Source: an uncultured Gammaproteobacteria bacterium
GTDB taxonomy: Bacteria > Patescibacteriota > Patescibacteriia > XYB2-FULL-38-15
Assembly (NCBI GenBank): GCA_965231095.1
Contig: OZ246416.1
Location: 1-48,937, forward strand
DNA: 48,937 nt
Reading direction: 5' to 3'
Every line of letters starts with the position of its first letter. The stretch's first letter is position 1. The position numbers were made by a program, and so were the translations under genes. Below, in pieces: positions 27,600 to 38,108 of the stretch. The notes under the pieces are model-generated. The model saw only the letters and a list, made by a program, of their open reading frames with translations, was not told where the DNA came from and did not search any database.

Positions 27600-28439
27600 A
27601 TGGATTTAACAGATTCAAATGTCATAAAAAATTTTTGTAAAAAATATGGCGTCCGCCCGTCAAAGGAGTTCGGGCAGAATTTTTTAATAGACCGCGAAGT
27701 TTTAGAAGAGATGGTCCGGGCGGCTGATTTAAAAAAAGAAGAAGTGGTTTTAGAAGTTGGTCCCGGGTTTGGGGTACTGACTGCCGAGCTCGTGGGGCGA
27801 GTAAAAAAAGTTTTGGCGGTGGAGGCGGATCGAAAGATGGCAAGGGCGGCGCGCGAAATTTTGGCAGAATACAAAAATGCGGAAATTGTGGAAGAAGATA
27901 TTTTAAAATTTTCAACTTCCGATTTTCAATTTCCAAATTACGGCTACAAGATTGTCGCGAATCTTCCGTATCAAATTACTTCCGCGGTGTTTAGAAAATT
28001 TTTGAGCGAGGAGTCGCGGCCGAGCGAAATTGTTGTGATGGTGCAAAAAGAAGTGGCCGAACGAATTTGCGGGCGAAGGGGGGAGATGAGCTTGCTCTCG
28101 CTTTCCGTCCAGTTTTTTGGCCAGCCGGAAATTGTGGCGATTGTTCCGCGCCGCGCTTTTTGGCCGGAGCCGGAAGTTGATTCCGCTATTTTAAAAATTT
28201 CTGATATCCAAAAAGTTTATAAAAAAAATAAAGAAAAAATTGATCCGGAAAAATTTTTTCGCCTGGCTAAGATAGGTTTTTCCGCAAGGAGAAAACAGTT
28301 GCAAAATAATTTAGCTGGGGGATTGCGGCTTACAAACGAAACTGTTCAAAATATTTTGGTAAAATTGGGGTTTGATCCGAGGGTTAGAGCCCAAGATTTG
28401 GATGTGGATGGCTGGATTAGACTTATTAACAATTTGTAG
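27600..28439 (+). CDS. rsmA: 16S rRNA m6,2A dimethyltransferase
   Basis: GQNFL, VLEVGPGFG, VANLPY, MVQKEVAERI, PEVDSA. Confidence 0.96.
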   Translation: MDLTDSNVIKNFCKKYGVRPSKEFGQNFLIDREVLEEMVRAADLKKEEVVLEVGPGFGVLTAELVGRVKKVLAVEADRKMARAAREILAEYKNAEIVEEDILKFSTSDFQFPNYGYKIVANLPYQITSAVFRKFLSEESRPSEIVVMVQKEVAERICGRRGEMSLLSLSVQFFGQPEIVAIVPRRAFWPEPEVDSAILKISDIQKVYKKNKEKIDPEKFFRLAKIGFSARRKQLQNNLAGGLRLTNETVQNILVKLGFDPRVRAQDLDVDGWIRLINNL

Positions 28440-28490
28440 TGTTTGACAGCATTTCCGACCATATATATTTGTGCTATAATATATTAACGT

Positions 28491-29249
28491 ATGGAAGGAA
28501 TAAAAAATGAGCCAGGAAAAGAGCGCCAAATCAAAATTGGAGTGATAATTTTGATAATTTTGTGCGTGGTTGTTGTTTTGGGAACAATTTGGCAATATCC
28601 AAAATTTTTACGCGCTCCGTTTGCTCAATATGGCCAAGACATCGGGCTGTGGAAGTCGCAATTTGAACAGGAGGCGGAAGAATTGGCGGCAATGAAAGAA
28701 GCGGATACTGATAATGATGGATTGAATGATTATGATGAAACTTATCTTTATGGAACAAGTCCCTATTTGGCCGATTCCGATTCAGACGGATTTTCAGATA
28801 AAGAAGAAATAGCTTCGGGGAACGATCCAAATTGCGCCGCCGGGGAAATTTGTTCGAAATTGGGAGAAGAGGGCGCGGCAAAAATTGAGCCGACAGTCGC
28901 GCCTCCCGCCGAGGAAGAGCTTGGCGGACTTTTGGCGGGTACGGCTACGGCCGAGGAAGTGCGCGATGCTCTCCGAGGAGCCGGAGTTGACGACGCAACG
29001 CTCGCGAGCCTTGATGATCAAACTCTTTTGGAACTTTATAATGAAACCTTAAAAGAGGCCGGAGGAGGGGGAGTGGCGGGCGGCGGCACCAATACAAATT
29101 CTCCATTGCCAACCAATGTTAATGCGAGTGAGATGACGCCGGAGGAGCTTAGAAAACTTTTGCGCCAAGCCGGAGTGGATGAGGCAACCTTAAACAGTGT
29201 TGATGACGCGACGTTGATGAAGATTTTTGAAGAGACGGTGAATAAATAA
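28491..29249 (+). CDS. Membrane-anchored protein with DxDxDG Ca-binding repeats and a duplicated acidic helical motif
   Basis: TM; DTDNDGLNDYDE, DSDSDGFSDKEE; two ...LRxAGVDxATLxSxDDxTL... units. Confidence 0.7.
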   Translation: MEGIKNEPGKERQIKIGVIILIILCVVVVLGTIWQYPKFLRAPFAQYGQDIGLWKSQFEQEAEELAAMKEADTDNDGLNDYDETYLYGTSPYLADSDSDGFSDKEEIASGNDPNCAAGEICSKLGEEGAAKIEPTVAPPAEEELGGLLAGTATAEEVRDALRGAGVDDATLASLDDQTLLELYNETLKEAGGGGVAGGGTNTNSPLPTNVNASEMTPEELRKLLRQAGVDEATLNSVDDATLMKIFEETVNK

Positions 29250-29286
29250 TTTTCAATTAACAATTTTCAGTCAATTTTCAATTTTA
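29248..29286 (+). repeat. Heptamer array with a 4-nt interruption
   Basis: aattttc aattaac aattttc agtc aattttc aatttta. Confidence 0.75.
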
Positions 29287-29290
29287 TAAG

Positions 29291-32200
29291 ATGTTGACAA
29301 ATAATCTTAGAAAACCAAAACGGACTATTTGCACAATTGTTTTGCTTTGTTTTGTTTTGACTCAAGTTATTTCCGGCGTCTTTTTGTACGCTCGTCCGGC
29401 CACGGCGCAGCTCGTTGTCTCTGATCCGGTGACCGGCGCCCAGACAACGGTTAAAAATATAAAAGATTTTTTAAAAATTTTAGTGGTGAACGCCGGGACC
29501 ATGGCCTTGATTAATGCCGCGTCGCGCTTCATGCAAAAAATCTCCTATGATCTGGCCGTGAGTTTGGCTTCGGGCGGGAGTGGGCAAATGCCGCTTTTTT
29601 CCACAGAAGGTTGGGGGGATTATTTGGCCAGTGCCGGGTTGGACGCGGCCGGAGAATTTATCGGGAGTTTTGGCGATATGGTTGGCGTTAATTTTTGCGC
29701 GCCGCCAAATCCCAGAGTTGGATTAGCTTTGCAATTACAATTATCTCAAACTTACGCGGAAGGATTGCCGCCGCCAACTTGCGAATGGTCTTCAATCCAA
29801 TCAAATTGGGAGTCGTTTATCGCCGAAGTTCAGACGGAAGATTTCCTGCGCGAGGCGGCTTCGCAATTTCAAATCGGCTATGGCGCGGGAACTGATCTTG
29901 ATCTGGCCATCAGCACTTATGTCGGGGCTTTTAACGCGGAACGAAGCGCTTCAGATACCGCGGCCTTAACGAGAGAAGAAGGACAAGGATTTTTGCCGGC
30001 TTCGGAATTAATCAGCGGAGACATCAAAACGCCGTCTGAAGTTATCAGGCAAACTTCTCAAATCCAAACCGAAGGGCCGGTTGAAGCGGAGCAATTAAAG
30101 TGGAGCCTTTCCGGCCAGGCGCTTTCCGCCGGAGCCCAAGGAATTTTGACCATGATGGCTTCAACTTTTGTCAGTACTCTTCTTTCCAAAACAATGGAAA
30201 GAATTTTCAGCAAAGGCATGTACTCGCTGGCTGATTTATTTCCCGAAGGAGAAGACGCGACCTCGGAAGAGGGGACAGCTTGGGGCGGGCGCCGCGCCGC
30301 GGAATTGGCTTTTGCCGATTTACTTGTGCCGCAAATTAAAGAAAGTGGCGCTTATGATATTTTATCCGACTTTATTGTTTGCCCGGATAAATTTAAAGGG
30401 ACAAACAATTGCGTGATGGACGGACGGTTTGAAGCGGCAGTTCGGCAAGCGCAAACTGGAGCGCCGCTTACGGTGGCTGCGGCGATTGAAGGAAAATATT
30501 TGGATGAAAAGTGGGCGTTGATTCCGCCGTCTGATTTAGCCGCGAACCAAGATCCGCTTTGTTACACAAGAGGTTTTTGTTATAGCAATTTAGTAAAACT
30601 CCGCAAAGCGAGAATCATTTCCATTGGTTGGGAAATCGCGGCGCAAATCTCTCCCACAACAAGTTATGTCACCTTGAAAGAAGTGGTTGACCGTTTTTAT
30701 GATTGTAATGCCGCGGGCGAGGCCGATAATGAGCATCTCTATTGCCACTTGATTGACCCGAACTGGATCCTGAAAGCGCCGGCCGAGCAATGCCGGGCGC
30801 GAGTTTACGGACCGCTCTTACAAACTACGGAAAATAGTTTTCGCCAAGAAACTTGTGTTGATTCGCCGACCTGTCTTGCCGAAGACGACCAAGGAAATTG
30901 CGAAGGCGGTTGGGGGTATTGCACCAGAGAAAAAAATATCTGGCGGTTAGACGGAGATCAATGCGACGCGCAGTATGATACTTGCAAACTCTTGCGGCGA
31001 AGCGACGGGCAAAATGTCGCTTATGTGACAAATACGGTTGATTACGGCCCGCCTTGCAATGCCGACGATATCGGCTGCCGCTGGTATTCCGACCGGCAAT
31101 CAAAAGTCGGAGATGATTGGCTTTGGCAAGACGCGCTTACCGGTTCGGGAACCGCCGCCCGCCGGACTGATAGAATTTTCTTTAATAAAAACATCGCCCA
31201 GTGCGACGAGCCGGGTTGTAATGAATTTTTACGGACAACTTCGGACACAAAATTAAATTTAGTCACCAATAGCAGTTTTGAAAATTTTATTGACAATCCC
31301 GCTTACGCGACCGACACTTTCGAAGATTGGCCAAATAACGGTGAAGCATCAAACGACACGTATTTCGGCCGAACGGCTCTGCGTTTTGTTGGACTATTTT
31401 CCCGAGACATCACCTTGGAAGAGCCCAAAGCCGGCCGGACTTTTGTTTTATCTTTTTATGCCAAAAATGTCAGCGATACGGAAACTTGTAATGGAATAGT
31501 ATCTTTTGAGGGACTGGCAGAAGATTTGCCGGCGGGTTCTGCTTATGAGCGGGTTACCATAGAAAAAACCGCCGCGGGCGTTGGCCGAACTTTGAATTTC
31601 CGTTTTGGCGGAGCGGGGAATTGTTTAATTGATGCCGTGCAGCTTGAAGAAGGAACTTTTGCTTCGCAATACCATGAGGGTTGGGGAAGAACCGGCGAAG
31701 CGTTATATTTAAAAACCGCGCCGGATTATTATTCTTGTTATGATTACACTTCGGTCGGCGCTTTGGATAAAACAAACGACGCCCAGCAGTGCGGAAATTT
31801 TGCCAAGGCCTGCGAAGAAAAAGATGTGGGCTGCGAAGAGTATCGTCCGACAAACGGCGATCCGTCGGTGCCGGGCGTGGCCAATTATCCGGACGATTAT
31901 TGTCCGGCCGAGTGCGTTGGTTATCAAACTTTTAAACAAGTGGCGACTGATTTTGAACAAGATAAATTTCCGGTTTATTTTATTCCAACCACCGGCCGAA
32001 CTTGCAACGCCGCGGACGCGGGCTGCGATCAATTTACCAGTTTGGAAACTGAAGCCGTAGCCAATTTCAGTTATGTTCGCCGTTGCGAAAAACCGGGCGC
32101 GACAGGAGCGGCTTTCTACACTTGGGAAGGAAGTGATACGGCCGGTTATCAGATAAAAACTTGGAATTTAAAAATGGCGCAAAGTTCCGTGGTGCCAACT

Positions 32201-35200
32201 ACGCCGGACGGTTCCGACCCAGCTGGCGGCAGACCGCCATGTACTGCGTTAATGGCTGATGGTTTGTCTTGTGACGATACTTCGCTTGTCGGCCTTTGCA
32301 CCAAAGCCGACACACTTATCAACCCCGACTGCCGTGAATTTTACGACGCGGCCGGTTTAAAACATTATCGCCTGTATTCCAAGACGATTGTGGTCTCTGA
32401 CGATTGCCATCCGTACCGCAAAACTCTTTCTACCGCCGGCGATTGCGGAGCTTCCGGCGGAAGATGGGACGCGGTAAAAAGTGAGTGCGCTTACAATGTT
32501 TATCTGCCGGAATCCAGAAGCTGCAGCAACGAGGCCGTCGGCTGCCGGGCTTATCGCGGAAACGCCGGAGCAAATACCGCCGTGGTTTTGAATGATAATT
32601 TTGATGATTCATTGATCGCCAATTGGGACGAAGCAGATACCCCGACCATAAGTTCTGAATCACTGGTAGTCGGCGGAAAATCTTTGTCTTTTAACGCCGG
32701 AGAAACAATAGACAAAAGTCTTTCCACTTCAATTCGCCAGGGCGGCCTTTATACTCTATCTTTTTGGGCCAAGGGTGCGAGCCGTCTTGATATAAAATTT
32801 TTGGGTGCCGATTCTAACGATAAAGTATTCAGCTCGGCAACCAAAAGCCCGACCAACCTTTCTTTTGACTGGCGATATTTTTCGCTCGGTCCGGTTTATG
32901 TTGACTGGGGCGTCGCCGGCGGAGGAGAAACTTTACGAATTTCCGCGGTGGGCGGAGGAACGCCGGCTTACATTGATAATATTATTTTGCGTGAAGTTCA
33001 ATCATATATTTATGTAGTGAAAAATTCTTGGACTACGCCAATTTCTTGCGACCGGTCTTTTGCGATTGATACTTCAATCACCGAGGCCGCGGCTTGTGCG
33101 ACTTCCGGCGGTTCTTGGAGTGCCGACCGCGGAGAGTGTGTTCTTTCCGCGCTTTTGCCGCAAGCCCAGCTTGGATGCGCGAGTTATTTTGACCGCGCGA
33201 ACGGCCTGCATTATCTAAAATCTTTCTCGCGGCTTTGCTCGCCGGACGTGGCCGGTTGCGCGAAATTGTTGAAGACAAATAATAATGCCTCAACTGCCGA
33301 GGAAACTTACAATACAGAAAACGACAGCGATCCGTCGCTTTCAGACGAAGAAAGATTGTCGGACAACGTGACGATCCCGGCTGATTCTTTCTCTTATATT
33401 GTGGTGGATGACGCGTATGAATGCGCGGCGCAAAATAAAGGTTGCGCCGAATTTGGTTCGCCGACGCTTGATGCCGCAGGAAATGCGAAAGTTGATGCCG
33501 ATGGCAAACCGCAATACAGTACGGTAAATCTTCTGGCCAATCCAACGCTCTATAATTCCGCGACCGGCCGAATTCTCTGCCAAGTCGGATTCCTGGCCTG
33601 CGAAGAATATACCACAACCGACGGCGGAAAATTATATTTTAAAAATCCGGAGCCGCGACTTTGCGAATGGAAAGATAATGTAAATCTTAGCGGGCAAAAT
33701 GTTTCCGGATGGTTTAAAAAACAAGAAAAAGCATCTGATCCACTTTTGCCTTGCGACCCGGCAAATTTCAATGGCGGATATTATAATATTTGGAAAAATG
33801 GCGACACGAAATGTAATTTGCCATATGTCTGCCAAGACGCCGCGGGTTGCGCTTGTACAGTTGGAACGGCCGGCGCGACCGGTGCGCCCGGCACAACTTG
33901 CACGGTTTCTTACAATAAACGTTCTTGCCCGTACTCCGGCTGGGTTGGGGAGTGCATTCCGCAAGCTGACCAATGCACAAAATTTGTTGATCCCGCGGAC
34001 ACGACAGAAGATCCTCTGGGCGCGGCATATTATTACATTAATAATGACAAAATAAGTTCAGGAAATTGCAATGGCATGGCTTCGCAAAAAAGCGGATGTG
34101 TGTTGTTTAATGATACAAGCAATCCGCAGTTGGATAAAAATGCCAACGCGACGTATTGGGCTTCGGAAGCAAAAGTCAGCGATCCGGGTGGGCTCGTAGC
34201 ACCAATTGATTGTCGGCCGGACGACGCGAGTTGCGGTAAAAAATGTATTAAAACGGTGGCTGGCGGAGGTTATTCATATTATCGTTATTGTCGAGACCGA
34301 AATGATTGCGATATTACGGAACGTGCCGACGATGATCCAGCGGCTCGTGACCAATGCGTGGTAGTTTTGTCGCGATTGCGTAACGACTCCAATCGTCTTG
34401 TCCAAGTTCGCCGCGACCGCGTCTGCGGAGAATGGCTGACGTGCTCGGGCACCAACCATACTTTTGATCCGCAAACAGGCCGAGAAAAAGTTTTGTGCGA
34501 ACAAATTGATGTTTGCAATCAATATGCAAAAGTTGGCCAGGCGACAGCGCAATGCACAAATATTCTTGCCCCAGAAGAAGTTGAAACCAACCGAAAACTT
34601 TTGAGCAAAGAATTATATGTTTCTCGCGATACGACTTTCAAGGGAATGGATTACTCCGGAGATTCTATTTATAACCAGTATCAAGCGCAAAATTTACGTA
34701 GCGTAAACGTTGGTACAGTTGAAAGCCCGGTTCCTGCTTTGGCTTTTATTGAGGACAGATGTTTTGACGCCGCCGGTCTGCTAGATGACTGTGGAACGCG
34801 TCCGGACGGTTTTTGTGAGAGCGACGTAAATGATTCCCCGTGTGGAGATAATGGTAAATGTTTTAATCATATTTGCGTTACAAATTTTCGCGGAGATCCT
34901 TTTGTTCCGGGTGCTGTAAAAATTTTTGACGCGACAAACAGAGAAAATATTTCTTGCCGCGCTTATCCCGAGCAGAGCTCGCCATTCCCCAATAGCGTGG
35001 TTAAAAACTGGACACCCTTGAGTAAAAAACCCGGTTTCACCGGAGCAAATATCTGTGAAAACAGAGAAGCTTGTGATTGTTCTTATTTGAAAGCGAGTTA
35101 CGGCAGCGGCGCAGTGACAAAATATTTTGATGAAGAAAAGGATCCCTTGCCTTCAGTTTGTGTTGGTGGTAAAGATGCCGGGAAAACTTGCACAGATCTT

Positions 35201-37552
35201 CCCACTGATTGTCCTGGGGGAACATGTAATGCGCCAGACCGTGAAGATGCTGTTCTTGGCTGGAGTGGTTATTGTTTAGAGCGCGATACAGCAACTTCAA
35301 TAAATGGAAATTCGGAACAATTTGCTTGTTTGACTTGGTATCCGATGGATCAAATCCCTGGTATGCCTGATTTATTTAATAATTATCCTGAAGCAGGGTT
35401 TGAAACTGCAGGATTTAATTACTATTGTCTGCAGCCGGATCTTTACAAAACCTATAATGTCAATGATGGCAGTTATTCCTGTCATGATGCCGATGAAGAG
35501 GGAGAGTGCGATCCCGGAGATCGCGCGGCGTGTCTTGATCAGGTTAGTTGTCCTGACGGATTTGTTGCGATTATTGGCGCTTGCGAAGAATGGGGCGGTG
35601 CCTGCGTAGGTGATGTTTGGGACGATTGCCCATATACTTGCGTTCCTAAATTTTCTTATCATACAGAAGGACCCAGCGAAGGCGAGCCGTGCTTTACGGA
35701 TGATATCAACGCAAGAGCGCACCCAACCAAATTGGCAAGTTGGGAAGCTCCATTAAATGGTTTGCTTGGCGGCAGTAACAATTATCTTGGCGATCCGATT
35801 TATGATGACTGCGCTCGTTATGGCGCGCCATACAATGCTGTAAATACCGGCACAACATCCAGCGACTATTTTGTAGGTTGCAGGGTTGCGGCCAAGGTTG
35901 TTTCGGAAATAGGCGGCAGAGAAGAAAACAGGGCCTGGACAAATCGTCTTTGGTTAAATCCCGCCGGAACATACTATTCAATTTCCGTGCCGGATGACGG
36001 CAGGTCTGGACCAGAAAAAGAAAAACTTCATTTTAATTACAATTCCGCGGTCGCGCCTTTTGGCACAATTAATTTTGACGGAAGCAATGTCGCCCTAGAA
36101 GGCGCTGAGGCGGTTAATTTCCCGATGACCGTAAAAATGTGTCGAGAGGGAGCCGCCGGCGATGCCCAGTGGCATTGGTTTTTGCCGGAAACGGATCCGG
36201 ATCTTTCTTGCACAACAGAGCCGGTTCCAACCTCGGGAGAAAATCAAGCAAGGCCATATACTTTAATTGAGACGGGAAAGTTAGCTGGCGCAGGCGGCAC
36301 TTGCAGTAGTAATAGTGATTGCAATGTTGGTGTGAGTTGCGGTGTGGGCGCCGGGGCGTTTCAATGTTATGCGGATTGCAATACTGGCGCAGACTGTTCT
36401 GATGGAAATTGTGCAGCAGTTCCGAGAGATAGCTCTGGAGAAAAATATTGCCCGGCTGATTTAATCGGCGGGGTGACCGGAGGCCAGTGCACCACCGAGC
36501 GAAATGGCGTTTGGCTTGGAGAATGCGGCGGAGCGCACGGAGGCGATAAATGTAAAACGTCCGCTGACGAAAGTTATAATACCTGCATGGATCAAACTTG
36601 CGCGTTTACTTTTTTTGGTTTAGGTTTTTGTGTGGCGTCCGGCGGATCATATAATTCTCCAATTCATCCGGTAAGATCGGAAACAGTTGATTTGGGGTTG
36701 AAAGCTTTTCATCAACTTTTTGCGAGAGTTTATGGACTTTTAGAATGGAAACCGGAGTTGGGTAGATATGCCAGCATAACTTATTCCGGCGATCTTGATA
36801 AAACTGATAAGGACGGAACAACGCCTGGTCCTGTTGGCGCGCAGTGGCCGGCGCCGCCCCAAGTTTGGCCAATTACGAAATGTACTGGCGACCAATGCGT
36901 GCCGCTGAAAGTGGTGAATACAACCCCGGTGAATGGAATTACGGTCGGCGGTATCAGCGGTTTTGGTTTTACCGGAACCGGCGCGACTGAACCCGTAAAT
37001 GTCGTCGGTTACGGCGGACAGTACGTCGCCACCATGCAGTTCTTTGGTACCGCGGACCCAAACGCCGGTCCGATCAGGGATGTTCGAGTTGATTGGAACG
37101 ACAGTACTGATCTTGGAGGCACAACAAACGCCAGATACAAAAATCATCTTGGTATAAAAGACGACGGCTCATCCCAATGTGACAACGCTGATTTTTCTCG
37201 TTCTGCCGGCGCTTGTGTTGAAGATTATTTCTATTTCACCCATACTTACAAATGTCCCGATGACGGAGCGGGTGTTGATGTTTGCGCTTCGGACACTGAC
37301 ACAAATTGTTATACAACCACTTGCCCTGAAGATATAAACGGCGCAATCACGGAAAATGGTTCCTGTTGTGTCTTCAAACCAAGAGTGCAACTCAAAGATA
37401 ACTGGGGGTGGTGCAATGGGACTTGCCCGGGCGGAGCGGGGCCGACGAGTAATGGATGTTATTTGGATGAGTGTTTGACAGATGCAGTTGAGGTTGGAAA
37501 ATATCAATGGACAGACTTCGCTGGCAAGGTGATTGTAGTGCCAAAAGATTAA
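29291..37552 (+). CDS. Giant 2753-aa secreted Cys-rich protein with two carbohydrate-binding-like jelly-roll domains
   Basis: N-terminal signal (ARPATA-Q), helical N-domain, many CxxxxxC modules, NLVTNSSFE...IDAVQLEEG and YTLSFWAKG...YIDNIILRE. Confidence 0.7.
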   Translation: MLTNNLRKPKRTICTIVLLCFVLTQVISGVFLYARPATAQLVVSDPVTGAQTTVKNIKDFLKILVVNAGTMALINAASRFMQKISYDLAVSLASGGSGQMPLFSTEGWGDYLASAGLDAAGEFIGSFGDMVGVNFCAPPNPRVGLALQLQLSQTYAEGLPPPTCEWSSIQSNWESFIAEVQTEDFLREAASQFQIGYGAGTDLDLAISTYVGAFNAERSASDTAALTREEGQGFLPASELISGDIKTPSEVIRQTSQIQTEGPVEAEQLKWSLSGQALSAGAQGILTMMASTFVSTLLSKTMERIFSKGMYSLADLFPEGEDATSEEGTAWGGRRAAELAFADLLVPQIKESGAYDILSDFIVCPDKFKGTNNCVMDGRFEAAVRQAQTGAPLTVAAAIEGKYLDEKWALIPPSDLAANQDPLCYTRGFCYSNLVKLRKARIISIGWEIAAQISPTTSYVTLKEVVDRFYDCNAAGEADNEHLYCHLIDPNWILKAPAEQCRARVYGPLLQTTENSFRQETCVDSPTCLAEDDQGNCEGGWGYCTREKNIWRLDGDQCDAQYDTCKLLRRSDGQNVAYVTNTVDYGPPCNADDIGCRWYSDRQSKVGDDWLWQDALTGSGTAARRTDRIFFNKNIAQCDEPGCNEFLRTTSDTKLNLVTNSSFENFIDNPAYATDTFEDWPNNGEASNDTYFGRTALRFVGLFSRDITLEEPKAGRTFVLSFYAKNVSDTETCNGIVSFEGLAEDLPAGSAYERVTIEKTAAGVGRTLNFRFGGAGNCLIDAVQLEEGTFASQYHEGWGRTGEALYLKTAPDYYSCYDYTSVGALDKTNDAQQCGNFAKACEEKDVGCEEYRPTNGDPSVPGVANYPDDYCPAECVGYQTFKQVATDFEQDKFPVYFIPTTGRTCNAADAGCDQFTSLETEAVANFSYVRRCEKPGATGAAFYTWEGSDTAGYQIKTWNLKMAQSSVVPTTPDGSDPAGGRPPCTALMADGLSCDDTSLVGLCTKADTLINPDCREFYDAAGLKHYRLYSKTIVVSDDCHPYRKTLSTAGDCGASGGRWDAVKSECAYNVYLPESRSCSNEAVGCRAYRGNAGANTAVVLNDNFDDSLIANWDEADTPTISSESLVVGGKSLSFNAGETIDKSLSTSIRQGGLYTLSFWAKGASRLDIKFLGADSNDKVFSSATKSPTNLSFDWRYFSLGPVYVDWGVAGGGETLRISAVGGGTPAYIDNIILREVQSYIYVVKNSWTTPISCDRSFAIDTSITEAAACATSGGSWSADRGECVLSALLPQAQLGCASYFDRANGLHYLKSFSRLCSPDVAGCAKLLKTNNNASTAEETYNTENDSDPSLSDEERLSDNVTIPADSFSYIVVDDAYECAAQNKGCAEFGSPTLDAAGNAKVDADGKPQYSTVNLLANPTLYNSATGRILCQVGFLACEEYTTTDGGKLYFKNPEPRLCEWKDNVNLSGQNVSGWFKKQEKASDPLLPCDPANFNGGYYNIWKNGDTKCNLPYVCQDAAGCACTVGTAGATGAPGTTCTVSYNKRSCPYSGWVGECIPQADQCTKFVDPADTTEDPLGAAYYYINNDKISSGNCNGMASQKSGCVLFNDTSNPQLDKNANATYWASEAKVSDPGGLVAPIDCRPDDASCGKKCIKTVAGGGYSYYRYCRDRNDCDITERADDDPAARDQCVVVLSRLRNDSNRLVQVRRDRVCGEWLTCSGTNHTFDPQTGREKVLCEQIDVCNQYAKVGQATAQCTNILAPEEVETNRKLLSKELYVSRDTTFKGMDYSGDSIYNQYQAQNLRSVNVGTVESPVPALAFIEDRCFDAAGLLDDCGTRPDGFCESDVNDSPCGDNGKCFNHICVTNFRGDPFVPGAVKIFDATNRENISCRAYPEQSSPFPNSVVKNWTPLSKKPGFTGANICENREACDCSYLKASYGSGAVTKYFDEEKDPLPSVCVGGKDAGKTCTDLPTDCPGGTCNAPDREDAVLGWSGYCLERDTATSINGNSEQFACLTWYPMDQIPGMPDLFNNYPEAGFETAGFNYYCLQPDLYKTYNVNDGSYSCHDADEEGECDPGDRAACLDQVSCPDGFVAIIGACEEWGGACVGDVWDDCPYTCVPKFSYHTEGPSEGEPCFTDDINARAHPTKLASWEAPLNGLLGGSNNYLGDPIYDDCARYGAPYNAVNTGTTSSDYFVGCRVAAKVVSEIGGREENRAWTNRLWLNPAGTYYSISVPDDGRSGPEKEKLHFNYNSAVAPFGTINFDGSNVALEGAEAVNFPMTVKMCREGAAGDAQWHWFLPETDPDLSCTTEPVPTSGENQARPYTLIETGKLAGAGGTCSSNSDCNVGVSCGVGAGAFQCYADCNTGADCSDGNCAAVPRDSSGEKYCPADLIGGVTGGQCTTERNGVWLGECGGAHGGDKCKTSADESYNTCMDQTCAFTFFGLGFCVASGGSYNSPIHPVRSETVDLGLKAFHQLFARVYGLLEWKPELGRYASITYSGDLDKTDKDGTTPGPVGAQWPAPPQVWPITKCTGDQCVPLKVVNTTPVNGITVGGISGFGFTGTGATEPVNVVGYGGQYVATMQFFGTADPNAGPIRDVRVDWNDSTDLGGTTNARYKNHLGIKDDGSSQCDNADFSRSAGACVEDYFYFTHTYKCPDDGAGVDVCASDTDTNCYTTTCPEDINGAITENGSCCVFKPRVQLKDNWGWCNGTCPGGAGPTSNGCYLDECLTDAVEVGKYQWTDFAGKVIVVPKD

Positions 37553-37571
37553 AGAATAAAAATTTTGTAAT

Positions 37572-37620
37572 AAAAAAAAATGACCCCGCGCGTTCTCCTC
37601 TTCAGAGAATTCGCGGGGTC
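37572..37620 (-). terminator. Intrinsic terminator of cassette A with GAAGA loop
   Basis: Minus strand GACCCCGCG-AA-TTCTCT-GAAGA-GGAGAA-CG-CGCGGGGTC then A and a U-run. Confidence 0.8.
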
Positions 37621-37625
37621 TGTCG

Positions 37626-38108
37626 TCACTGGGGGTCGGCCCACCAGGTACCGTTCCATGGAGGAGTGGCACTCACCCAGTAATCGCCCTCCATGCGGGG
37701 GGGGGTCTCGGTGAAGTTGCCGGTGACCGTGCGGTCGGTGGTGTAGCAGTCTACGAAAATGGAAAGGTAACCACCCTCCGAGATCGTGCCCGACCATTCG
37801 CAGGAGACATCGTCAACGCCGATCACGAGACAGCCGTCCTGTTCAAGAGTGAGCAAGAGATGATCTTCCGCACCCGTTTCCGTGTTCCGATACGTCAGTG
37901 CCCAATCTCCCGCCACGCTCGGGCAGCTCGCAACTTCACTCGTGTCGCCGTCGTCGGTCTCGGCGTCCGCGTCCGTTCCGGCATCGCTGTCCGGGTCGCC
38001 GCTGTCGCAGAGCGACGGATCGCTCGCGCAGTCGTCGTCCCCGTCGGGGCAGCCGGTCATGGCGCCGAGCGCCAGGATCGTGAGCGTCACCATCCAGAAC
38101 TTCTTCAT
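37626..38108 (-). CDS. GC-rich predicted lipoprotein: acidic Asp/Cys linker plus beta-rich domain
   Basis: Lipobox AMTG-C after a hydrophobic stretch; strong SD AAGGAGGAG; C-ending codons unlike neighbouring genes. Confidence 0.7.
   Translation of the reverse strand: MKKFWMVTLTILALGAMTGCPDGDDDCASDPSLCDSGDPDSDAGTDADAETDDGDTSEVASCPSVAGDWALTYRNTETGAEDHLLLTLEQDGCLVIGVDDVSCEWSGTISEGGYLSIFVDCYTTDRTVTGNFTETPPRMEGDYWVSATPPWNGTWWADPQ

Noticed and set aside
13703-29286. CRISPR arrays
   Set aside because: Repeats are contiguous 7/8-mers with no spacers; no cas genes
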